From NCBI GenBank assembly GCA_040954595.2, contig CM082586.2:3950349-4014348 (forward strand): 64,000 bases of DNA, written 5' to 3'. Numbering within the stretch: the stretch's first letter is position 1; every line of letters starts with the position of its first letter. This document shows positions 11,701 through 23,635 of this stretch, in pieces. This DNA comes from Balanoglossus misakiensis. Its lineage: Eukaryota > Animalia > Hemichordata. Made by a program: the position numbers and the translations under genes. The notes under the pieces were generated by a model that did not search any database, was not told the DNA's origin, and was given only the letters and a program-made list of their open reading frames with translations.

Positions 11701-14585
11701 AAGTGGCAAAGTTTGGTCTTGTTATGTTGAAGTGTAGTAAACGGCTAAAAGTGGCCACACTACAACACGACATCGATCGAAGAGAGATCACATATCTGGA
11801 GCAGACGAAATCACTCCAACAAGAAGAAATCAGTCGGCTTCAGAGTGACAAAGAACGAGCAGAAAAAATAGCTGTGCGTGAGAGGACAAAACGGATTGCT
11901 CCACCAGTGGTATGTAACGATTTAAAAATCATACTCATGTAATAATGAGGTATTTCTATACTGAATAAATGTTATAAAAACTCTGAGTGAAATTGTGTTT
12001 GTAAAATTGCAAACGCTGTGACTTCAGCTTTAGAGTACAACTGCCACACATGAGAGAAACTTCCTGAGCAAAAAGTCATTCAAGGAATTTTGCTTTAGTA
12101 ATCTTGTGTGCGTCCGTCTTGAGTAATTTCTCTCACAAGGAAACATATCAAACTCGTTGAATATTTTGATCCACAGCACAAGAGAAAATTTCATTAGCAA
12201 ATTCCTCTAATGAAGTTTCGCACAGCTAAATTCTTTCGTGTGCAGCAGCCTTCATACGCCGTATGCACTTGTCACCCTGTAATTCTCCACATTCTTCCTC
12301 AATGAACATCGCTATAGCGTCTGTGAATCACTAAGTAATATCATTCCTTTTTGAAAAACCTTAGCCCTGTTTAAATATGAATTTAGATGTTTTAGTAGCT
12401 TCGATGATTTCTTAATTAATACCTTGATCAAACTACATAAACAATAATATCACAATCGTAGTTGAGCTCTAGAGAGACTAAGAAAATTCGCCAATTTAAA
12501 AATGTTTTTTTTTTTTTGACTGCATTACTTTCCGATAGAAATACATTATAAATTGAGAACAACATACAAACACACAAACCGCTGATGGTGTTTTGTTTTA
12601 GACAAAATATGTGAAAATTTATTTTGCACTATTTAAATTTCCAGGACGAAGTGTCCAAAAAAAAGCACAAAACGGAAGACGTAGAGGAAGGTCAATGTGA
12701 AGGTTGCAAAGAAACTGAATCGCTACATAGATGCAAAGAATGCAGTGCGAAGTTTTGTTCTTCCTGTATAGTTGTCCATGAAGACACAGAAGCGGTCAAA
12801 GGTCAGAGTGACGTCACACTCGACAAATACTTAGAAGAAATATCAAGTCAGAAATCACTGCAAAGTCAAGTATACTGCAGCTTTCACACACAGAATGAAG
12901 TACATCTGTTTTGTGATAGTTGTCAAGTATGCATCTGTCGTGATTGTATTGCTACTCATCCAATTCCTGACCATGTCCACAGAGAGATACAAGAAGCAGC
13001 TGATGATTACAGACAACAACTGAGCGAGATGGTGATGAAGTTGAGAAGAAATGAACAGGCCGTCAAGTCACGTGACACTGGGGGCGAGACCATCCAAGAA
13101 GACCTGGAAGTTCACCGCCAAGAGGAAGAGGAGAAAGTGAGAAATAAAGCAAAAAAGAGAATAAAAATGGTGAAGAGGGAAGAGTTCAGACTGGTGGAAA
13201 AGATCAGACAAACCATTGAAAGTGAAGCGGGTGTGTGGGAAGAAATACATGGAAATATTTCCAAGGCATGCCGTTATATTGACGCACTGGTGCATGATGG
13301 GAGTTCTGCTCAACTCATGTCATCCAAGAAACCGACGCTGCTTCGCATTCAAGAATTCGCTCATAAAGTGAATCAATTCATAAAATGTGAGTTGATCAAA
13401 TTCAACCCTTCTGCAGACCCTCCACAGCTTGGAATGCTGGGATTACTGACATTCGATATCAGTGCATCACAGTGTCGAGTAGAGGGCATTCCCAAAAGAC
13501 TCGTCAGGGGTGAGTCTGCTGACGTCATTGTCAGAATCGAAGACAGAAGAGGGAAACCAGTCATATCATACAAAGCAATCACAGCAAAGATCTGCAAAGA
13601 AGATGGGTCACAACAAGATATTGGAGTGGTTGACAACAGAGATGGTACACACAGGCTGAGAATTCATGCAGATATGGGTGGTAGACATGAAGTCAGCATA
13701 ACACTTGGTGATCAGCCGATACCAGGATCACCATTTGTAATTTCTGTCAAGGGTTTGGTGAAGACAATAGGCAAAGGTCAGCTTTACAGGCCAGTAGGGA
13801 TAACTACTAATAAATTAGGCGACTTTGTTACAGCTGACCTGCGTAACAATAGGGTACACATAGCCGACAGAGATGGGAAGTACAAAAAAGGTTTCACGTT
13901 CACACAGTTTGAAAAGCCATTTAGACCAGTGGATGTGGCAATATCAGCTGATGATGAATACTTCATGACAGATCATGGCAACAAACAAGTAGTCGTAAGT
14001 GATGAGGATGGAGAAGTACTCAGGCCCTTTGGACAAACTGAACTGAAATATCCCCGTGCAATTGGTATCAGTCCTCTAGATGGCAGTGTGTATGTCACAG
14101 ACTATGATTCAAAGGGTGATGACACAGACAAGGAAGGTAGTCACTGTGTCAGGAAATACACACAGCATGGTCAGCACATCACATCCTTTGGAAAGTTTGG
14201 CACTGAAGAGGGAGAATTCAAAGGACCTGTATATGTGGATATCAACAGTCAAGGAGAAGCATTTGTATCAGATCACAACAATTACCGAGTTCAGGTGTTC
14301 AGTGCAGACTGTGAGTTTTTATACTCATTTCACAACATCAGCACAGAAGACAGTCTGAAATGGCCCAATGGAATAGTGACAGATAAAGACGGAAATGTGT
14401 ATGTCTGTGACAAAGGAAACAAACGTGTGGTGAAGTTAGACAGCAGAGGGAGATTCATATCTCGCATTGACAGTGATGAGGATGGACTTGCGTTGCCAAT
14501 TGGTATCACACTGACCAATGATGTGCCATGCAGAGTGGCTGTAGTTGGCCATGAAGATCACTGCATTAAAGTGTTTGCCCAATAA
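8761..14585 (+). CDS. DED + TRADD-N-like + coiled coil + B-box1/B-box2/coiled-coil/filamin/NHL fusion protein (RING-less TRIM-NHL-like), about 1020 aa; exons 8761-9061, 10306-10368, 10667-11089, 11575-11909, 12645-14585
   Basis: Exon phases 1/1/1/0 join in frame (3063 nt). DED pattern LRVLFLRLDNELGEKEVSKLKFLL..SALELFTQLEERGHVSNTNVELLVNLMKHLN. B-box2 CSFH..LFCDSCQVCICRDCIATH..H. Filamin DNRDGTH..G.HEVSITLGDQPIPGSPF. NHL repeats such as FGKFGTEEGEFKGPVYVDIN..VSDHNNYRVQVF. Confidence 0.82.
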
Positions 14586-16048
14586 ACACAGCAGTAAACG
14601 TTGTAAATCCTGGAAGTGACCATTTTTGTAACAAAACAAAGAAACGGTGAGAATTTCACCAATACACACAGAACAATAGTGGTCCTTAGTTTAAAAGGCA
14701 ACATGAAAAGAATTGTTGTACAATTGTGAATATGATCCACAATAATTTACAACATAAAATAGTGTAGAATACTAATATTTTACATGTTGGATACGATGGC
14801 TAGTCAGACTATGCTGCCAAATGAATATAAACTCACAATTATTCTAGGAATAAATTAAAAAGGATATTAAATCCCCACAGAATCCCTCAAAAGTAAGCTG
14901 ATACCGTGTAAAGAAAATAACACAAATATCAGATCTGAGGGTAAGCAATTTGCTTCAGAAACTCTGACAGATTCCCAACAGTTGACAAACTCAGTAAATA
15001 GTAAGCACCGCATTTGGTAACTAACCAGACCACAGGAAGTAGTGCAACGACCTGGAAGACTATTTGCACAATGACAAATGAAAGTTTTTACAGAAGATGT
15101 TGCCGTGTAATAAGTATTTGTTTTACTGGAAAAGGAGGAACTCCTTGAATTGTGAATGTTTTAATATACTTTATTCTTTTGAACATAAGTACATACACTG
15201 CGCTTAAATCGTGCGCACAATAAGACAGTTATTTTTGTAGAGATTTTAGTGTACTAGACTTTCACATCATTTTCAGTTGTATCAAAAATGACGTGTTCTC
15301 AAAAACTGAAAATATTGTAAATTGATTGGTTTTAATCAGCAATTGGGTTTTCATAAAAACCGGTTGAGTGAAACGAGCATGCCTTTAACTGTACTGTTGA
15401 AATATGAGTTTACGTTGAGATACAAAGCACACAAAGAAATATGTAATTACCCAGAAAGATTAAGAATTTCAGAACTACTTGTATCTATAATGAGCTTCTT
15501 CGGTTTTGTTACCTTCTTTGGTTTTGTATTGTGAGATTTTAATAAAAGAAAAAAACATATCACACTTGATATTTGGATGTCCTTTTTCATTAAAAAAACT
15601 GATACTCAGGAGTTACTGAACACATAAAAATCATCACGTACTACATTAATGACGAAAACAAATGTATAAACTTATAAAGTCATGTCGAAATTTATGATTT
15701 GTGATGATAACAGTATGCCAAAATTGAACAACGTTTCCAAGTGGAACCATACCTAACGTAAATACTTGGCAGATTTGTTTCGGATGTCTATGAAAATGGG
15801 AAGTCCGTCTAGGGGATAGTCTTGTTGGTGAAAGGTCGAGTATGAAGAGCGCCCGCTAACGCAGAGCGTTTTGTCCAGTTGTGGATTTGTCATACGTCGA
15901 CCTGCGAAACAAAAGACCATTATTGTATGGCACATGTGCAACCATGTTATGACACGTGAGCCAACCTGGGTTTCGTAATCCGCAAACGGTGGGAGTGGGT
16001 TGGGTGATAATCGCGGCTGGAACGTTTCATCCCGAAGTATATTGCAGC

Positions 16049-18031
16049 ATGCCACAACACGGTGGAAAACCCTACATTTGCACCCTCAGCAAGGAATTGC
16101 AAGAGAAAGCCGAACGAGAATTGAACGAAACGGCCGAATCGAGAGAGAAATGTTTCCGCGAAATGCGAGAGAGGATGAAATCGCGGCCAGATATTCGCTT
16201 TCGCTGTGACGAGGCCTTCCTTCTCCGCTTTCTCCGAGCGCGCAAGTTCGACGTCGACCGAGCCTTCAAGAATCTCGTGCGGTATTACGAAGTGCGCAAA
16301 GAATATCCGGCAGTCTTCGACGATTTGACTTTGTCTTCCATAAAACATGTTCTCGATATGGGTTTGAATTTCACCCTCCCTTCACACTGTAGGGACAACG
16401 ACGGTAACAGGGTTGGCATATTACGGTTTGGTGAGTGTTTGCTAATGGCGAAACCCATTTGTCTATAACCGATTGCTATTTGAATGGAGTTATTGTAGGG
16501 TACGTGATACAATGGGCGTCTCTTTCGTAAGTCTACGATGATACTATTGTTCATGGTTTGTTTTACGATCCCTTTTTGATCGTCTGTTGTCTATGATTAC
16601 GAAATCAATCATATTCATGTTTGATATAACAGGTGTTTTTAATGGAAAGAGTATTACAACACTCAATTGTTCTTAACACACTAATTTGAATCTCAATTAT
16701 GGGGCGATTGTATATTAGTATACAGTGTATTGTAAATTAGTAAATGCGTCATATTTGGGAAATTTAACGTCATCACTCCACGTATGATCGAGTAAGTTAC
16801 ATAAGTGTTATACCACTGCATCGGGGATGTGTGCATGTGTGTTCGCGTGAGTCGCATGTTCGACTACAGGGGACGTATTCGTTGGCTTTCCTGTTAATTA
16901 TACAATTTCAACATCTGCAAGGTCGATGACAGCGAGTGCGCAGGTTTCGTAAAGAGAAGGTCAACAACATCATTCATTTCTGATCCGCAATCGAGTGTGC
17001 GTGCCAAGTCTATTTTTACACCTGTCTGGTTCGATATGTTAACTACACATGCGCAGAAAGATGAGTCGGCTTACAAACGACCCGCTGTACTGTTCGAAAT
17101 AAAATACCACATACACAATTAAATAAGGACTCTGAATTTTATGTTTTAGTACAATCCATTCTACATATCTCCCACTTTCTCGAACAGGAAACTGGGAGCC
17201 GAGCGCGTGCAGTTATGCAGATACAGTGAAATTCTCCGTCATTTCTGCAGAGAAGTTACTTGAAGACGAAGAAGTGCAGATAAACGGAATCACGTCCGTT
17301 TTAGATTTCGGCAACTTGGGGATGAAACACAGCGCGTATATTCTACCGTCCAATGCCAGAATGATGATGTCCATTTTGCAGGTTGGTTATCTTCCTACGA
17401 AGCTGTAATCCCATTTCGGATTCAACCAAACTCTGGTTACAAAAATTGTATACAGTCAATGCATGTTGGTAATAGAAGCTAGTAATTACATCTTGTTCCT
17501 AATCTTCTGTTAATATCATCCACAGAGTGTACTGCCGATCCGATACAATACTATGCACTACGTTAATTTACCATCTATGTTCGAACATGGGATGACCATC
17601 TATCGTCAATTCATGTCGGAGAAGATGAGAAAACGGGTGAGTTTCATTCTTTCTTTCTTTCTTTAGCATATCATTAATATGTAGAACGCGATCTGGCCAA
17701 TGGGGTTATGTTCATCTGTAGTTTCTAAATTCAACCTGTGTGTATACCGTTCCTCACGTGACAGACGCGGCTTCACTCGGGAAAGTTATGGAAGGACTCC
17801 CTGGCAGAATTTATCCCGCCATCGGCCCTTCCCAGTGATTACGGAGGCTCGCTTCCCTGCTACGACGTCATGTGCAAAGAGTTCAACCAACAGCTGGTGG
17901 AATGGGAAAGAGATTTCCTACACCAGCAAGAGAATTACGGGATACCAAGAAAGGCGGATACCCTCGGTGCTGCAAGACACGAGAACGCCACCAATGGACT
18001 CGTTGGAACATTTAAGAAACTTGACGTTTAG
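16049..18031 (+). CDS. CRAL-TRIO (alpha-TTP/clavesin-like) protein, 317 aa; exons 16049-16430, 17188-17381, 17526-17636, 17765-18031
   Basis: YICTLSKELQEKAERELNE, DEAFLLRFLRARKFDV, EEVQINGI, LPSDYGG, GLVGTFKKLDV*. It has the same 111-nt penultimate exon as the paralog at 243-353. Confidence 0.93.
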
Positions 18032-19126
18032 GAGAGTGTCTGGGGACTGCATATTCACGGGCTCGAAGAAAACTTTACTTTACTTTTTAAAACAATTTTA
18101 CTTCAGATTGTATTACATACTTAAGAGTGCCAATGCCATGAGAGCTTCCAAGAATATCAATCCCAAGTGCCCTTACAAAAGTAAATACTGTAGGCTGGCG
18201 TGCGCACACTTACGAATTGATCGATCGATTGATCGATCAATGCAGTTGGCGTTTTTTCTGTCGATAGAAGTACATGTATGTTTTTATTCGAAGCGACTAC
18301 ATTAGTTAAAGAGGACGGCGGTTGTCAAATTTTGTCAGTTGATAAATTTTGTCTTATTCCGAATTTTTATTCTTATTCTGTCATTTGATAGTTCAGTGGC
18401 AATGTTCTTAGGAAATAACGTGATTTTAGGGGTGCGAGTTTTCACTTCGCAAAGTGTCGGTCGACAGTACGTAACTATTTAGTGCAATGTGTTAAATGGA
18501 TTTTAACAGAAAGACGATGATACCTATATGAAAAGAAACAAAACAAATCGCCGTTGTTTCCGAATATCTGACAATCGCAGCAAGAGGCAAATGACTACCG
18601 AGATCGCGACTTTGCGGTTTTCAAGTTCGAGATTATCCAGAAAACCCGAACAACGATGTCAAGGTATGCCATCTAGAATCCTTGGCCAGAGATGGCAAAG
18701 CCTGTGTGTTTCATGGTTTCATGGACACAACCCTGGCCGAACGTGAGTACATAACATCGTGTGGTAATAGATACAGGTCTTTGTGTATCGCAGGACTTCT
18801 TAATGTACAATAAAAAATGGTTGATTGAAAATGTTTGATTATTTCCCAAGACTTTGCCTTGTCTATTTCTCTGAGCTCACCCTAAGAAAACGCCCTCTAC
18901 AGTGCAATGTTTAGTTATTTCGTTTTACGTTTTCACTCACGCGAAGTCGAGAAGTTTGCGCTTACAGTGACCAGAAATTACTTTCCTTTGGCGTTTGGGA
19001 GATAAAATTTAAACTGCATAGCTGGTTGACTGGTACCCTGCCTCGGTGACAAACACCAAACTGTCTTCGTGACGCGTCTTGCTTAGCCTGAGACGCAGTG
19101 TTCAGCGAACACACCTGGGCAAGTAT

Positions 19127-19140
19127 GTTTCCAGGGCAAC
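19127..19140. promoter_or_regulatory. RFX X-box upstream of CEP164
   Basis: GTTTCCAGGGCAAC matches the X-box consensus. It lies about 70 nt before an AAAATGGCGG (YY1-like) motif and a probable non-coding first exon ending at a G|gtaagt donor near 19328. Confidence 0.6.
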
Positions 19141-19946
19141 AGACGCCGTTGGCAGACGAAACAAGAGATCTCGTGAGACTCTGCGAGATTTCAGACGACC
19201 ATTCCGCAAAATGGCGGACGGACTAACGTAAACAGGGGTTCTGCTCGGATTCCTGCAAGAAGAATTTTTTTTATGTCAGTAGCGATAACAGGACGTTTCG
19301 AGCTGGTTTTCACCCTATTAACCGAAGGGTAAGTGTACTGATGACAGCAGGGCGTTTGGTTTTGCTTTATTATTTGATTGGTCACTGCATGCTACGATTT
19401 TGTTGTTTGAGTTGGCCGTTGTGCATACCCGAACATGAAATTTGGTAGTTTGCCAGCTTCTTAAGTTTGGGCGCAATGCAGTGTATGACGGTTGTGCTTG
19501 CTAGCGAACCCAACTTAAGTCGTGTGAAATAAGCCATTTTCTGAGCTAAATAAAATAATGAATCTAAATGACTTGAAGCAACGAACATGTAACGCCATTC
19601 TGATTGGTTGGAAACATGTACATGTATATATCATATCATATGTATGGGACCATTAAAATTTGAGCCAGGCAGACCATACAAACATATCCATTGATATAGA
19701 GGTCTTTGGCATGACCTCGGTGTAATAATGTATGTAATCAGTAAATAAGCAATTAAACAATTATCACAAGCTACATGTACCCTAACCTATCAAGACATAG
19801 AGTTAAGTAAAGGATCCATGTACTTTAGTACATTGTATTTCTATTTTTATTAAAATTCAGGTACATTTGTACTGATGGTTTGTGGTGATTTTTTGGCAGG
19901 TCAATTCATTCATGTTAGTGCTATTTATATATTAAAAGCTGCCAGG

Positions 19947-22900
19947 ATGATGATGGGCGATCAATTAATCCTCGAAGAGGATTATGATGAACACTACCAA
20001 CCAACAGAAGAAGGTCAGTGTTAGTGTATATCACAGAAATTGGAAGCTTCTTTGTTAATATAAAATTGCATCAGGCATACTATTTCACCCTGGGTGAATG
20101 TGACTGATCATAATGCCATTTTGTAAAAACTGTGCGATTTATATGGCAAAATGACTTTTCTATACAACCAAACCCAAAGCTAGTACATATCACATATATG
20201 AGATATAAACTGACTGTGCAGCATTGTATGATCTCTGTATCTTTATTTTTGTTGCAGAAATAAGAGAATATGCTCACGTTATAGGAATAGATGTTGATCG
20301 TGAACCACACTTGATGTGGGTAGCGAGAGAAGGTATCAATGCACCGTTACCTCAAGACTGGAAACCATGGTTAGTTCACGTTTACATAAGAATGTTAAGA
20401 TCTTCTATTTCATAATTCAGTATTTGTCAGTGCATAAAGTTACAGCTCCATTAGCTGCAACTTTTCACTATGTGTTCAATATTGTAATGTTGTTTTGAGT
20501 ATCTACTGCAGTTTCTTTTTCAAATCCCTGAAGCACGATGAAATGCTCAGAATCCAGCTTATCAACACAACCTATAGTCAGGATTGTGCACACACAGGCT
20601 ATGTTGACAAGAAGGATTATATTAGCATGCTAATTGCAGTAGAACAAGAAACTGCATTTAGTATGGTTTTGTTTGAGATGTTTTTCAGTATTTAAATCTC
20701 GAAGAAATCATGTGAGAATAAAGTGATAATATTTTGATCTGTGTACCCCATCTACAGTCAAGACCAAAGTGGATCTGGCGATATCTATTATTTCAACTTT
20801 GCCAACGGAGAGAGCATGTGGGACCATCCCTGTGATGAGTACTACAGAAACATGGTGTTGGAGGAGAGAAAGAAACCAATACCGAGCAAACAGATGCCGC
20901 AGAAAAAGGACAAGAAGAAAAAAGACAAAAAGGAAAAAGAAGTGAGGAAGTTTGGCAGTTTTGATAAGAAGCCACAAATTGTGAGTATGCCTGATTCAGA
21001 AAAGTACTGGTCATTGGGTTATACATCACTTCAACACTAACTAGTCATTAACATAAATACCAGCCTAGATCTAACATTACAAGTCACTAGTTGCCCTTTT
21101 CATAGCCCCCTCACGCAGCCAACATGAATTTGAACTTTAAGTACAGCCAATAGGGGAAGTAGCTTTGATTTGATTGGTCAACCTGTCCCCATTGGCCTTG
21201 CTTTGACTTCAAATTCAAGATGGCTGCATGATGGTGGTAGACGTGTGTTTGTTATCTGAATTGTATGTTTATTTTATCATTACGTACAGGGTGGTTTAGG
21301 ACCACTGAAGGGCGAAGTTGGCGGCAGTTTTGGTGGTATGCCTGGAACTATGGGCAGCACAGGTCCTACGAATAGACTGATGAGGTCTGACCCTTTGGCC
21401 GGTACAGCTGGGCTGGCATCAACTCTTGGCGTAAGTCGCTTTCCCATATTTGAGGCTAGATAACTTGTTTGGTTAGACTATCATTACAATGTGCACTTTG
21501 ATAAGTTTATCTTCCATGAACAATGCATCAATGTTCCAACCTGTATTGTTCCCTGTAATTAAACTATGATGACTTGTATATATGAAAGAAAAATGAATTT
21601 CAGTGTGATTCATAATGATTGTGTCTCTCTTTCAGAGCAAAGGGGGTTCTACGTCCAAATCTGGTGGCTTCGAATTGACCGGAACCGGCAGAAGTTTTCT
21701 GAAAGGCTCCAAAGGAGGAGAAAATATCCATATGCTGGACATGGATGATGAGGTTTGTAAGAAAACGAACAAAACCATTTTAAATTTTAACAAAAATGGG
21801 TATAATTTTTTATGGGTTAATAAGCACTTATTTGTGTTTGGTTTGCAGGAGACCGACAGTCCCAGACTGGATCTAAAGCTTGATATGGATTTGAATGATG
21901 TTGGACAGCTGGGTTATGAAGTAAGTAACTGGTTTTACATCTTTGCTAGTCAAGGTATGTTTAAATATACCTTGGCATCATTGGCTATAATTATGGTACC
22001 ATCACACAGTTGTATATGCACTTTGAGTAGCCAATGTAGTAGTGGATGACTGTAAGATTTTTAAATCAACAAAAGGATATACCGGTACTCATTGCAGATG
22101 ATGTACTGATAAACCTTTTGACATTTTCATGACTTTAACCTCATTATTTGTAAAAAAAATTGTCACCATCACCATCCTTACAAATCATGATAATGACCTT
22201 GCTATCATGTGTTACTAACTATTTTAATCTCCATATTATACTAATAATGACTTCCTGAATAATTAAAATAAATTGTGAAGCAAACAAAAATGCTTAAATT
22301 TTCCATGTTAATGTTTCTCATGCTGCTGCAGGGAGAATCTCAGGTATTATGCTGTGTCATTGTCTAAATTCATTGTGTTGTCTTTACTGTAGTTAACAAA
22401 TGTAAGGTAAATGGTAGTGTAGTTTTTGGTGTAGTCTGGGCAATTGACATCTACAATACCAAGCAATGTTTATTTTGAATTTGTAAATGTAATGTTATTA
22501 ATCGTCACCTATTCATTTGCGAATGATTTATGAGTAACATGGGCAAAAATGGTATTAGAATTCATTAAAAACTTGCTTTGACACTTTTGATGCTGATACT
22601 GTTATCTAAATTTTCTCTAATACAAGGTCAATTTACTCTTTATTTTCACAGACATCGGAGCCAGAAGAAGAATTGATGAAATTAAAATCAGACACATCTG
22701 GAGATACAGATGATAATGGATCAGTGGTAAGAATCACAAATTGTGGTTACTACACATATATACACACACATGCATACACCACTCTCACTCTGATGATAAA
22801 TGATGTAACACACATACTTCTCATCTTTCAGGATTTTGGCATCAGCCCCGTTTTATCCGATAGGTTACAGTTCATGGAAGCGGAAAATCTGACACCGGTA

Positions 22901-23398
22901 CCAGAAGCCGCAACAATGAAGGTCAGTTGACAGTTGTTTGAGGGAGCATCCTATGTTCAGTGTATATACCAGAAAAGATGCTTGGTACATTATAGACAGT
23001 TTCCAGATAAGACTGAGTTCGGTTTTGACAGGTTTTGCTGTACTGCACGTCTGTTCACCGTGTTCGTAATACATGTGTTTGAATGATATGCACGTATTTC
23101 TTTTGTAGATATCCACATTACCATCCAGAAGTCTTGGAGATGTGAAAAATGTTCCTAAACTGAGTGCGACAACCGGCAGTCTGGGAAAGAAGGTGTCGTT
23201 AGCCGAAGCTAAGAAGACCAAAGAAGAGGAGGAACGGAAAAAACGAGCTGAAATACAAGCGAATGCAGCTCAAAAGTATGTACATGTAGTGTAGGATGAT
23301 GACTGTCTCATTATCTATTGAATGAAACTTCTTTCTCAAGACTATAATTAAGAATTCAAATATCCTCCTCCTCCTCCTCCTCCTCCTCCTCCTCCTCC

Positions 23399-23451
<53 letters not shown>

Positions 23452-23491
23452 GTCCTCTTCCTCCTCCTCCTCCTCCTCCTCCTCCTCCTCC

Positions 23492-23522
<31 letters not shown>

Positions 23523-23560
23523 CCTCCTCCTCCTCATCCTCCTCCTCCTCCTCCTCCTCC

Positions 23561-23635
<75 letters not shown>

